Positions 39,701-53,908 of a stretch of 64,000 bases of DNA are shown here, piece by piece. The notes under the pieces were generated by a model. The model made no database searches. It saw only the letters and a list, made by a program, of their open reading frames with translations, and had not been told where the DNA came from. Source of the stretch: Perna viridis (lineage: Eukaryota); NCBI GenBank assembly GCA_037379345.1, contig CM074511.1, positions 13,082,001-13,146,000 of the forward strand, in the 5' to 3' direction. Positions within the stretch are counted from its first letter, which is position 1. Every line of letters starts with the position of its first letter. A program made the translations under genes and the position numbers.

Positions 39701-42700
39701 AACATCTTTGGCTTTCATTTTCGTTTCTGCCAAAGGTAGACCATTGAAAGACATGACAAAATCGGAAGCTAAAGCAATCAGAAAGATAAACATCCTTTCT
39801 GCATTTTACTGAAAGATTTAAATTAAAAGGTAACTAAAAAATTATTTCTAAACTTGTTGCAGGTTTATAGTTAGTGCAAACAGCTGCCCAATGCTGATCA
39901 AAAACTTAGAACTGGAGAAAGACAAACGAAACCTTAAAATCATTAAAATTCAATTTGACATATAAAATTACAAGTAGTAAAATATTATACCCAAGAGTCC
40001 AGATTCACAATAAAACAGGTTTCAAATTTTACCCACCTTTCAAGTGATTGTTTATGATTATCCCCTGCTCAAGTTTTTCATACAAATGTACAGTTTGCAT
40101 GAGGAATTCAAATTAAAATCAAAACATTCACGGTTCAAGTCAGGCAGGTGAAAAAGGCAATACATTATGTAAATGAAGTCTTTGGTAATTGTGGTTAAAA
40201 TTCCATCTATTAATGTAATTATGCTGTCAATGTTTATTGTTGAACCAAAAAGTTATCTCCCTTAAACTCGAGAAGTGTTGATAATGCCTGGCTTTAAAAA
40301 TAAAGTGGAAACCGCAAGACAATAGTAAAAGGCAATAATTACCCAAGACAAAAAGCTATCAGTAAGGGCAATTTCCTGAGCTCAATTGGGCAAAATACAC
40401 CCATTATACATCATATTTAAAAAACAGCAAATACAATGAATTTGTCTACCTACAGCCTACAAATAGGACTAAACGCAAAAAATGTAAGATCTAAAACTTA
40501 AAGCTAACACATGGTACATCTAATCTATAATTATTCATAAATTTGAATTATCTGTGCACTAAAATAACCCCTCCCAAGCCAACTTCCTACTGTAAACTGC
40601 CAATCATAAAGTAATAGTCACCTACCATGAGGAAGGGCATGACACTTTGATATTGGGGAGTTTTTATGAGCAGGTTATCAATTAAAGGTCATTTTCCCCA
40701 TAGTTATTAATAACCAAGTTCTTAACCCTTTAATAAATTAGTTCTTCATTTAAATCCAACTGATTCAGAAATGGTCCAAGTAAACACTGGGACTGGCTTG
40801 ATGAAACACACTAGAAGTTTGAGCATGGGGTGACAATACCATTAAAAGACCACTTTAGTTTTGTTCCCATACTTAACCACATAAAACAAGGCATGACTTT
40901 TCATTGAAGTAAAACATTAAAGAAATTCTAAAATACTTCTAAATACCTTGAAGGAGTAAAACTTAAAGTTATAGTTTATAAAATATTTGAAGTGATTAAA
41001 TTTACCCCAGAATTTGATATATTAAAATAATTAATAAATACTTCAAAAGCAATAAATCTGGAGTACTAAACCTTGTAATGCAAAAGTACTTCATTCCATC
41101 TGTGTCAGTGACTTCAAAATAAATTTGAAAACATACCATGAAAAGGCAGCTTAAGATCACACCATTTCTGACAAAAGCCTACAAGTCCTGGTCAGTAGTG
41201 GCTGTCCACTTGTTTATATAAACATCCTGGTACATGATTTCTTTGAAACGACTATTGTATAACAGTTTTATGTACTTATTAATAAAATTTATGACTTACT
41301 ATAAACTCTATATGAATCTGTTCAATAAGTATAACTGAATCAAGCTTAATACCTCTTAGAAAACAGGAATTTACTCAAAATATTTTCTTATGACTTGAAA
41401 TGTACTAGTTTAAATAACTAAAGGAAAATCTAAATAAGTCTATGAACAATAAACATTATCATACCTGCAAAATTCTATTTCAAATAAAAATGCATCCACG
41501 AAATTGATCACAGATGAAAATAAAAACCTGTCCACTGACAAAATACACACATTGGTATCCTTATCATAAAGCCATAAATCTAATACTTGTATCTCTATAC
41601 ATGTCTAATTAATTATAGAGATCAAAGGGATTTATTACAGAAGTCATAAATAAGTGTTAATTGGTAACACCTATCTGAGCAACCATTGCAGGTTAATTGT
41701 GACAACATACATGAGTTGTTATCAAAGATATTTTTTGTGTGTTATTGAGTATCAGCATGGTATCAACTCTATAGAACACTGACAAGGAAACTAACATGTT
41801 CATTGTCAAAATTTTCAAAATGTTACTTACATCAAAATATATTTTATAACAAAAATTAAAAAAACCATTTTTTTCCTGGTATGATTACTTCTTTGATGTT
41901 CTGATATTTTGCCTCAAAAATAAGTTATATAAAGAAATATAACTAATTGTTTGTGTATTTGGATATTCTATAAATTTGAAATTGATTTTCAAAAACAAAA
42001 CAAACTATTGAGCAGGATTACACTGACTGACCTGACCACATTTGTTTACCGAGTTCATCATTTAAGGGTGTAACCAGTTCAGGGTAACAGTTGTAATAAA
42101 GGAAGAGAAATCCAGTGAACACAGGTACAAAAGACTGGTGTGAATTTGTATCCTGTTGTTAAAGTAGAATTAAATTAAATTTCACCTACATGCATTTGAT
42201 TTATTTCTATTAGGTTCCAATGTTCTGCATGTCAATAAACCAATCACTGCTGCCATGAATTATGTCCCTTTGCCCAGACCCTGGTCAGCCCACACTGTCA
42301 ATAGCTCATCAATTTGATTGCATGTCAATAAACTAAGGATAAAAGGCTAATTGGAAATAGAAGTTCATTAACAAACAAGACATAAAATAGAAACCATCAA
42401 CCCAGACAATGTTTCTAAAAAAAGAACTGGTCATGAAAAACTACATAAATACAGCATTCATTTCCATAGATTTCCATAAAAATTTATATAGTCTGTCAGA
42501 AAACTAAAGCTCCTGTTAACATACAAAGGCCCTTGAGTAATCTTCTAAATTATTATCAGCATTTTGAAGAATGTACATGTAAACATGTTGACTGCTGTAG
42601 TCACAGAATGCCAGAATGCATCACCATCACACAACTTAGAATACTAGCAGAAACATTGTAACACTTACCAAAGTAGATTCTTCAAGAAAGATTTCATACC

Positions 42701-43270
42701 ACTTATAAAATCTAACCAAGTTTAGAACAGTCCTAACAGAGTACTATTACCTAGCATAGTACATCAATTTCAATTTCATGCTTCTAATTAAACACCTACT
42801 CACTTTAAATATTGACAAAAAAGAAAATAAAAACCTTCATATTTCATCCCCTATTTAACTTTTCTTGTCCCTATTATTCAATGAATAAGACATTATGGTA
42901 AGGATGGTTGGCCTAACCCCTCTAAGTACAAGTTGATATTGAACAAGTACAAAGAACTTGATACAGACAAATTGAAAATCTGATAGAAATAAACATCTCA
43001 ATTAGAAATCAAATATCCATAGAGGTGAACTGACAAGCAATGAATTTATTAAAAAGTGACATGGGAAATTATAGCTTTATAAAATATCACTTTTTACATT
43101 ATAAAGGTTGTTTATCTGCCTATACTTATGTCAAATAATAAAGATTTCCATAAAAAGCCACAATTACCTTTGTGTGAACTCATTTCTAGTGCATTTTTCA
43201 GAAAAATTAATGAAATGAAAACCTAAATGAAAGATGCTTATCTTTTTGTGACAAATTGTACTGCTTTTGT

Positions 43271-43399
43271 GGATGCACTAAAATTGTTTGTTTTTTTGTA
43301 ATAGATGCACTAATCAAGTGTTTTTTATAAATGCACTAAATCCATTGTGTTTGCAACAGAGGCTCTAAATCCGGTGTTTTTGCTATTAATACACTAAGA
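43271..43399. repeat. Degenerate ~30-bp tandem repeat (ATGCACTAAA core), ~5 copies
   Basis: Recurring (G)ATGCACTAA variants separated by T/G-rich spacers. Confidence 0.55.
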
Positions 43400-45709
43400 T
43401 AATGCTCAGAGTCTATAGAACAGTTTCACAAAAATGAAAATTATTTTCTTGGTATAGAACCAGCCATATCATTGTGGCACTCATGTTATAAACACTTCAC
43501 TGACAAAAAAAATGATAATAAAAAAATTTTACCTCACAATTATGCTTTGGCTCTACAAAAATATCAGTAATCAAAAACTAAACTCAAAAACTGAACACTT
43601 GCATTAGTGGAAAAGGAGGTCATTTCTACTGTAAATCTTACCTTAGACATTTTGATCATTTCAGTAATTTACAAGAATAGTTAACTCATTGTAACAACAT
43701 GAAACAGATCAAAAGTATACAATAAATTATTAAAGATCAAACAAACAAGTCTGACAACATTTGAGAAGCACCAAACACTTACATGGGACACTACAATGCT
43801 AATATTCTCTGAGTACATCAGACCACGAATATACATGTAAGTCACATTTTATACATGTATCCTTTAAACAACTCTAGACTTCAAGTGTCTACCATAAGAA
43901 TTGATCTAAGTGTCTAAAATTTCACGAAAACAACTTGTATATAAGACAAGTTTTATGAAAAACATCAATGGTACTTAGTTCACTTGCATCACTTAATGAT
44001 GTGATGTTATTCAAGACAATAATAATATGCTAATGAAATTACGTTAATGAAATTCTAGATCATGTATGAGAGTGCCATTGTGTAACAGGCAGATGTAACT
44101 CTGTCAAGAAGTTGGTGACTTCACTGCAGCTGTACATGACATATGGCAGGCAAGATCTACCACGTAACCATTTTGTACTCATCGAAAATACCTAAAGTAC
44201 CTATCCTAAACAAGGTATATATTCCTACTCAATGGCATAAAAGTGCACAAACAATCTTGGAAAATTTTGAAAATGAGTGAAATGTGGCTTACACAATTAT
44301 TTCTCAATAAACTTAATTTGTGAACTAAATTTAAGGAATATTACACCATTCACTCACATAATCCTGACAGATTACAGCCAGTACTCTGATTATGTATTCA
44401 AAATTACCAATAAATACATGTAAAAGGGCAACTAGTCAGTAAGTAGAATATGTGTTACCCAATATTAGAAAGAAAACAGACTTACAATTCACAATCTGGT
44501 TTGATTACAACTGGACTCCACAATATAAAAGCCATAATCCTGATAATGTACTGTATAAAATTTCACCTATCCCCAGATGTTGACAGGTGCTAAATTTATG
44601 ATACAATTTTATCATTTAAAATCCTATCTTTTTCTGAAGTGATCTTTACGTCAATGGATGATGAAAGGGGAATAACTCAAGTACAATCCTACCCCCATTT
44701 TGTATTTTGAATAATAGAGAGTATATCTATCGATTAAAACAAGGGCATTGAAACTAGTTAGAACTTAGCCAGGGATGTCAATAGAAGCCATCAGCCGGCA
44801 AAGTTGGAATGCTACTAACTGACGAATACTTTACTTTAAAAAATGGGTGAACTCTTGCAAAATTTTCATCAGTCTACCTGGTCTTAAAATACTACTGACT
44901 GACTTGCCTGTTAACCTCAATTTTTCACAAAATCATTTAATTTGTCTCCTTCTAATTAAGTCTTCACTTTGATCGAGGACCAAGGTACACCTAACATCTT
45001 ATGCACACTTAACCATATTTTTATAAGAAACACAGAAATGTCTTGTAGTAGTCCCAAGAACACAAACTGCTAACATAACAAGTAATGTTTATTTCTACAT
45101 ATAATTGCTTATAACTATTTGTCAAGACTACATTTTCATACAAGTTAGAAAAATAGATGAACAGCTAAGATTGTGCATTTATAACAGGGAGGACAATAGT
45201 TTCAACTCATATTGTCCTTGAAGAAACAGGAGAGGCATTGAAGCACACACAAAACAGGCAACTTCCCAAGTTATGTAAAAAGAATGTTTTCATAAGATAA
45301 AGGGTGTCTAAAAATGCTTACTAAAATTGTTCAACCCTATCTATTTCCTGGAAGAGAAAACCAATGTCATCAAATATGATTAATTAGTTCTAGCCTCATA
45401 ATTGTTGTCAAAATATTGTATTAACAAGCTTTGAGACTAATCCACAGTATGAGGATATAGCCTTATTCATCTTGTATACATATTACTCACAGGGGGTATA
45501 CCTCTACCATACAAATGCCTGGAATCTTTAACATCCTTGACTGCTCTTACAAGCCTCATATGGATTGCCTGAAGTAGTACAATTGACTATTTCTTACAAG
45601 TTTAGGGGTAGTTTTCCAATAATTCTACAGTGGTTCTATAGTAAAGACTAAAAAAGCCTGTATGAAAACTGAGAAAAGTTAAAGAGAAACTGATCATTTA
45701 ACATTCTAC

Positions 45710-45984
45710 CTTCTTTCTGGAACAGTCAGATATTTCCTAATTATTCTCGGTGTACCTCGAGGGGAGTCATCTTCAAAAGCTGGATTACATTCTATAAGGA
45801 CAATCTGTGGAATGGTATCGGCTGGTCCCATGTTATTTACAAATCCATTATCATCATAATTATCTTCACTATCATACAAGTCATCCCTACTCTCACTATA
45901 GTAACTATGCTTGTCTTTTAGAAAAGAATCTGGGCGCCGGCAAAAACATTGCACAATGAGGCTACGGACCCAATTAAGGGCCAT
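45710..45984 (-). CDS. IQSEC: Candidate (alternative) first coding exon of the IQSEC/BRAG gene: MALNWVRSLIVQCFCRRPD...KYLTVPER(S)
   Basis: ATG at 45984 opens 91 codons plus 2 nt ending at AG|GTAGAA. The same donor hexamer is used at exon end 2199. Phase 2 matches the phase-2 acceptor at 26478 (AG+T = Ser). Composition is protein-like (acidic tract, SP/TP sites). No homology recognised. Confidence 0.6.
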
Positions 45985-48900
45985 AACTCCAATCACTTCA
46001 TGAATTCTACATCCCCAGCAGTTATCCTACTGATGACACTCCTGGTTTGTCAATATTATTTCCATGAATATAAATCAAACAAAACCTTCAATATACTATT
46101 TATCTAAAAACAGATATTCTAAAATCCACATTGAGAAAATGGAACTTGGCATTGATTTTTCACAAAGATTCGATACTGCATATAATCCTAGCTGTAAGGT
46201 TTGTACACCATCAATGTCATTTCTCTTGAGCCTAGGCCAAAAACAAATCCATACAAATTCCACTAGAATTCATCGCCTACTTCAACAATAAACATTTAAT
46301 TATGCACCAAACAATTGCTTGTCATGGCAAAACACATACAGCTGTTTTTCGACATTTTCCAAAAGATAGTCAGTAAATTACAAGATCATTAATACTAAAT
46401 GACCACAGCATCCTTAAGTAGGTAATAACGAGAATACAGGTGAGGATACGCAGGTAAATACGGCTTGATTTACTGTCTAATCTCATAAATTTTTTATGCT
46501 TGGAAGTAAATCAACAGACATCTTATGGATGTCTTTAGTAGAAAATTTACATTAGTAAATTTTTATTGTTAAGTAAATTTGTTTCGCCTACTGTCATCAT
46601 ATTTATCACACTAAAGTACCAGTCAAGCAAGTAAAGAATACACACCGAGAGACATGAAGTTGTGTATTGAAGAAAAAAAACATGCAAGTCATGTTCAGTA
46701 TATCAAATTCATTCAAGTGTGGTAGGTTTTAGATTTTAAGAAAATAAACTCCAAATGACAGAAGACACTGGAAACCTTTTAAAACAACCACATATCATTA
46801 ATAATTCAAATATATCAAATCTTCAACAAGCACAAATCCTAATGACAGTTAACAAATAATTACTCTCAGTATAAATTTACATTTTATTTCTGCATATTCA
46901 GTTCATGTGATGTATGGGCATGTAGAGCCTTGGGGTCAAAATCTAGATCAAAAACATGCAGGTGAGATATGTAAGTAAGTCTGGAATTTCTTACAAGTTC
47001 TCACACCTTTCATCATGTTCACAGCTGATGGATGAGGGATGTCTTAATTAATACAGGTGCAATATCTATGTTTGATGCAAGTCTCACTAACTGGCTTACT
47101 GTATAAGCACTAGTTCTGTCAAGTCTTGCCTGCTTGTTGCTTTTTTTCCAAAACTAGATACTGCAGAAGCAGAGTCTCCTCATGTTCCGAACACTGAATA
47201 CTTCAGCACACAGTTCATGCAAATAAAACATCTCCAATTTGCAAAAATAACCACTGCATTACTTCAAAGATAACAAGGAACTATTGACATGATTTAGCAT
47301 TAAGTATTAAACTTTATATATATCTGTAAATAGAAACCATAAGATTCTTATCTTAATTCCTACACCAAAGATGTGACAAGCCTTTAAGTTATTAGACAGT
47401 CATTGTTTTTCACATCAGAAATTGCTTAGTTGGCATTTTTTTTAAGATACAGAACTTACACAACAGTTAAAAAATATATATGTCACTGGGATAACTGAAC
47501 CAATTTGACAGGTTGTCAAGAACCAATTATTTGTACATTAATAAAGAGTATTGGGGTTAACATTAATATAGGTCTTGAAAAAAAAAACTTTGTCAAATCA
47601 ACCAAAAGTGTGCTGTCTAACATTAGTTCAAGCAAACATGGAAACAAAAATGTGTAAATTAAGCCAAATGGGCTTAATAAAAAAAAACTTGGTTTCATGA
47701 CATTTTTCAAAGTTGAGACATATTGGCCACATGCATCAACAACCCTTACAAATTTAAAAACAATGAATCAAAACTATTTCTTAATAAAATATTTAGTTTG
47801 GAGAGGCAAATTACCACTTTATAGGATTAAAACTCCCCTCTAAAAAAAACAAAAAAAACAAAAAAAAACACGTAAAATCCTACCAGTTTCATAAACATTC
47901 ATTGATAATTGCACGAAAACAATATTTAAGGTATCATTTTGACATGAAAGACATAACAGGCTACAAATCATTGTTTCAACATATAAGACTATGCCATTAT
48001 AACAATTTCACTCAATACCAGAGCAACTACATGGTATAAGCAAATATATTATTTTTCATTGGACTATTTGATGACGCACCTTTTAATAGTACAAGATTCC
48101 AGTTCTGGATGTACTATGATCAAAGGGAAATAACTCTAACATCCTTGGTCATAATCATGTATGAGAATACAATTGTGTCCAAACAAACCAATGACCTAAG
48201 TAAAATCATGTTAAATTCTTAATAATAAATAGCAACATCCTGAAGAGACTAGGTAACACCTAAAAACAATGTAGCATAATATCTCAATTTCATTTCATCT
48301 AATGAATAACTACACTTATATTTTATGTAACTGCAAAACCCTAAGGCAAAGAGAAGTGTAAATGATGAATGATGTAAAACATACACTTTACCGTGGGTGG
48401 TATACAGTAACAAGATCATACATGTACATGTAGCTTATCTGCTCTGAGATTTATTAATTCATGATAAAATAATAAGTTCAAATACTAATCTCCCAGAATC
48501 ACTATAGTAAAAAAAACGTTTTGTATGAAATAAAATCAAAATTTTTCTTAGGAAAGACAACTTATATTACATCACAGATATCTATCTCCTGTTTTGATAT
48601 TCTACACCAGGAAATTCATGGACTACCTTTCTAATATTTTTTTTTGGATCAATTTACAAAATAGTCTTAAATTCTCCACTGACAATTTGTATGTAATATT
48701 GAGGAAAATGTTCAGGCATTCAAATTTTTGGAGTTACAGTTCATTAAAATATGAATTTACCATAAATATCTCAGGTTTACACCTTAAAACGAAGAGAAAT
48801 TTTCTCTACAAATAGAAAATTTACATTCTGATTAATTTGTCTTAGAACTTTTCAACCCTATTTGTGAAAGGTCCAGACTTATCCCACAGGCAATTGTCTG

Positions 48901-49439
48901 TCCACCACAACTGGTCTAATCACGAACTTTTATCACATCCCATCAAAAACAAATCTAGATGTCAACACAACACTATTTTGTCCACAAAAACAACTAATTT
49001 CCTCTTTCTCCAGGCTGTAAATAAATTGGCTGATTCCCATATTAACATTTTTATCTACAAGAAAATTGTACAAAAAAATGACATTAAACACAGGACAAAC
49101 ATGAGATTGACTACATACAGAACATTTGGTTCCCACAGGAGACAACTGAGGACTCTATTAAATATAGTAAGCCGACCATTGTGTTTTGGGCTTACAGGAG
49201 ATGGAAACATGTTCGGTTAACTGGACAACACTTTTGATCTATCTAATCCATGCACATTAGACACAAACTACATCTCCCTGGTACATTTTGGAAGCTACAG
49301 TCCCAACATTAAAAAAAATATCATATTTCTTGTATTTAGAGTAAAATGGAACATTGAAAGTTCCCAGCCCACATTTTTTGTTGACAGTTTGTGAATCTAA
49401 AAAAGAAAATATTTAAAGCTCAACATTTAGTACATCTCA

Positions 49440-50248
49440 ACTTGAGTTAACCCTAAGGTAGGAAGGATATACCTTCACAATGAGTTGACCCAAAGGTAGG
49501 AAGGAGATACATTCACACTGAGTTGATCCTATTAAGGTAGGAGGAGGATACCTTCACATTGAGTTGACCCCAGAGTAGGAAGAGGATACCTTCACACTGA
49601 GTTGATCCTACTAAGGTAGGAAGAGGATACCTTCACAATGAGTTGATCCTAAGGTAGAAAGAAGATACTCACACTGAGTCGATCCTAAGGTAGGAAGAGG
49701 ATACTCACACTGAGTTGATCCTAAGGTAGGAAGATGATACCTTCACAATGAGTTGATCCTAAGGTAGGAAGAGGATGCCTTCACATTGAGTTGACCCTAA
49801 GGTAGGGAGAGGATATCTTTGAGTTGATCCTACTAAGGTAGGAAGAGGATACCTTCACATTGAGTTGACTCTATTAAAGTAGGAAGAAGACACCTTTACA
49901 TAGAGTTGACCCTACCAAGGTAGGAAGAGGATACCTCCCCACTGAGTTGATTGTAAGGTTGGAAGAGGATACTCACACTGAGTTGATCCTATTACGATAC
50001 GAAGAGGATACCTTCACATTGAGTTGATCCTACTAAGATAGCAAGAGGATACCTTCACATTGAGTTAACCCTAAGGTAGGAAGAATATGCCTTCACACTG
50101 AGTTGACCCTACAGTAGGAAGAGGCTACCTTCACATTGAGTAGAAGCTACTAAGGTAGGAAGAGGATACCTTCACATGGAGTTGACCCTAGGGTAGGAAG
50201 AGGATACCTTCACACTGACTTGATCCTACGGTAGGAAGAGGATACCTT
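49440..50248. repeat. Minisatellite, ~21 copies of 36/38/41-bp variants (TGAGTTGATCCTA[CTA]AGGTAGGAAGAGGATACC[TT]CACAC)
   Basis: The TGAGTT-like anchor recurs at 49443, 49481, 49519, 49560 ... 50216. Confidence 0.95.
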
Positions 50249-53200
50249 TACTAATATAAAATCAAGTAGCTTCATTACTACAAGGTAGATCAAATCAGGA
50301 TATGACAACACAAGGTTTCATTAAAATAAAATACTCATCAGGGATCCTACTTTTTATTTCCTGCGGCAAGTAAAATTTAGTCTAAGGGAAAGTTACATCT
50401 GTAGGTTTTGTATTACAATTTCCTTTGATTTTCCTGTAAAACTTTCTTGTGGAAAGCAAAAAATTCAATAATTCTAGATCTCTGCTGAGTCTTTATATGA
50501 TGTTGACACTAAGTTAGATGACACAGTTCAATTTCAACTATTGAGGTCTATTCTTCCTGTACATCAGTAATCTGTCAATGACGTAGGTTGACAAGTGAGC
50601 TAACTGCCATAAATTCAAATCTCAAAAATAAATACTTAAATGATAAGAAAATTACAATGTAAATGCACCAAGATGATCTTCCTTGATAACTTATATCCAT
50701 ATAATCTGTTCATTGTTAAGTATATAGAAGGAATCTTTTATAGAAATATCATCCACCAGCTGATACTGTGACATACCAACAGTATTGACACTTTGACCTA
50801 CAAGCTCCTGGATAGATTAAATTCTTCACATAAAACTAAGCTACAATGACTTCCTTATATTAAATTATAACTGATTTTTTTTTACATATTGCTATAGATA
50901 AGAATTAATTCCCCCATTTTCCTAATTTTTTTTTTAAATCAAGTGATCAGATTCGGAGAAATCTGAGGTGAGGCAGAATTGGAGAAAGAACTTCATAAGA
51001 GATTTTCTATGGAACTAAAAGGTCCCAAAAATTAGAGTGTCAATAAGCGTCAATACAAATAATCCACAATTGCGCCATCTTCGTTATACACCACCATTTG
51101 ATTTCACTCACTATATTACAGTGGTATCCTTCCATTTTACTTTTTTATAGTAAAAGTTAGCCATTTGTAGCATTCTTTGCACTTCTCTTATTAAGAATAA
51201 ACTCTTTTCATTGGTCCTAAAACAGGTAATAAGTTTTAACCTTTCCTCAAAACCCTCATTCCAAACCAAGATACCCTGATATTATGTAACACAGTTTCTT
51301 AAGTAAGAGCCTATTCATCATAGTAAAGAAGGTCAAGTAAACCAGTACCAGGGTACCCTAACCTAGCAATAACCCAGGACTAAATACTTCACAGACAGTT
51401 TAATTTATCTTCTAAAATATTGATGACAGAACAAGATTTAAACAGGCAAAATTTACAACAATAGTAAACTTGTGTGGTTTACCAGTACTCAAACTGAAAT
51501 GTTTGTACTTATAATTTACATAGAAATAGTCAACAAAAAGGCTGGGTACTTTCATTGTCTAAATGTAAAACAAAAAATTCTGCATTTCTTTGGAAAGATT
51601 TGAGTAAACAGTGCTCACACTAAAGTGAAAGAAGCACAAAATAAAAGAAAAATAGCAGACAGACAGATGGATAAACACAACACAAAAACACTGAACCAAC
51701 CACCCCCTTGGAAAGGGAAGAGCTATTTTACAGAATTAAACTTTTTTTGGAAACAAAGTATTTCACAAGTTATACATAAGTATCAGTATGTATTAATTAG
51801 TGACTGTAAGTTCAACAGAAGGGTTTCATCAATAGATAGTATGATATTCAATCAGGAATCGAATTTCATAGATTGACCTTTTAACCACAAAAACCAGACC
51901 CATACAAAAAAGAAGATTCACTGTACTAGTGTCAGATTTTTATTTTCAAGAAGGGCTGAACCTCTGTAGAACAGCACTATAAACAGTGTGATATGGTCAA
52001 CTATCTGTATGAAAGGACAAGCTCTAGTACAACACATGTTTTTACAGGTGGGATATAAACTACAATAGCTCAAATTGACAATAATTCATTTCATAGCAGT
52101 AATGATACATTTAATCATACACTATGTAAAACATAAGCAGTTTGTTATTGTCCATAAAAAAAAGTCCTGAAACATATTGTCCCCATGGACTCCCAAAACT
52201 GTTAGGCTAATTAACAGTATATTTCATAGCATCTATTACAGTGTTCCTTCTTAATTTCAATCACTCAGATACTATAAAAGTACACTGGTTAGTTCAGTTT
52301 CTATTTTCTCAGTTTTTATGTGCAGATCAAACCTCAAGTTCTACATCATGATAACATACCCCTAAAGAATTAACTTTATAACTGGAATCATTTAGAAAAA
52401 AAAACCCAGAACTGTGTTGCAGAATAACAGAATAAGAAACATGGGAAAACTTTCTTTCCAGCCACTTATTGGTGGAGGCATAAAAATAAAAATGTAATAC
52501 AGATGATTCCATGACAATCACTAATGAAATTCAAAACCCTAAGAATCAATAAAATTTTGTCATTTTCGATTTTGATATCAAATGAAATAAAGTACTTTTT
52601 GTTTTCAAATTTAAAGCCATGAATATTAATGACAGTACCATGGCAACTGTTTGGGAATGTACAAACCATGACAGGAAAACTTTGAAAACAATACAATGTA
52701 ATTGAAAAAATAACTACTTGACAACCCAACAAGGTAAAGGAAACAATCAATTTTGATAAAATTGAAATTGAAATCTATGTTGAAGTATTGATGTTTTGTT
52801 TTGTTAATGAACAGACCTCTATAGACCTGTTTAACTGTTAAGCCACCCTCTACACTAATCTTATATTGCTTAACATATAAATCCCAGTTGAAGTAAAGGA
52901 AGTCTTGTCATTCCTTAGTTCCCAAGATAGGAGGACTTTCTAAGGCTTATAGAAGGATTAATTGAAAAAGAAGCACTTCAAAATTACATCATTCATAGAA
53001 AAACACAGCAATATAATAGGATTACATGTACTAATAACATAACCTCCTTCAAAGTTTCACCCAAATCAGTATGACTTTCTCACATTTATACGATGATTAC
53101 ACCCATGTTGTTTTACACTAAATCTGAAGTCAACGTCCTGTGGAGAGAAACCATACAATTTGCTGAGATCAGCTTTTGATAGAAATGCAAAATTTTCATG

Positions 53201-53908
53201 TCTGGATAAGATTATGACTGATCCAAACTGTCTGTCCTGAGGATTCAGCATACAATAGATTGTCAATCAAACCTATAAAATCAACCATTTTATATCAAGA
53301 GCATGGAATTTGATTCAAATATCAGCATGTTCAATACATATAATTCATCAATTTGCATGAACTGTAATTAAAATACACATGTCAATTAAAATTTTCAGCT
53401 GTGAGAGGTTATAAAGGTTGTATTCAAATTAGGTTCCCACAGTACATGTCCTTTAACTGTACGGCTATTTCCCCTATACCCTATTTTTTGGCTTCTCATT
53501 GCTATATCATTATGAACTTATTACATACTTCATGCCAGATCAAAGCCTCCCCATGAAGGGTCATTAGTAGTTAATGTATCTGCCAATTATTTCTCCATTC
53601 TCCATTTATCACTGCTAAATTTAGTACTAAATGGATATCTTACATAAAGTTTAACACTATCTTTCTTGACCCTCTTGTTATCTCTATAAAAAATTTATTG
53701 TTCTCCCCCTGGTCAAAAGAAGCCCTTCATTATCAATGAAGAGTTTAAAGTATTCTTACTTATGTCCACTGTGAATAGCTACTAAATAGGATAAAAGCAA
53801 TAGTGCTTATTTACTTCATTTGTGTTACCCAACTCATCAGCCCATATCTGATACATAAAAATCCCATAAAATTTCAATTCAAATATTTATTTGTATATGT
53901 ATGGTGAA

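Noticed and set aside
46437-46534. Paired CAGGTG/CAGGTA E-box-like sites and a 7-bp hairpin upstream of the candidate first exon
   Set aside because: Such short motifs are expected by chance; a promoter cannot be supported without transcription start data.
49440-50248. CRISPR-like appearance of the palindromic repeat array (also 9457-10032)
   Set aside because: Units are contiguous with no unique spacers, there are no cas genes, and the context is eukaryotic non-coding DNA.
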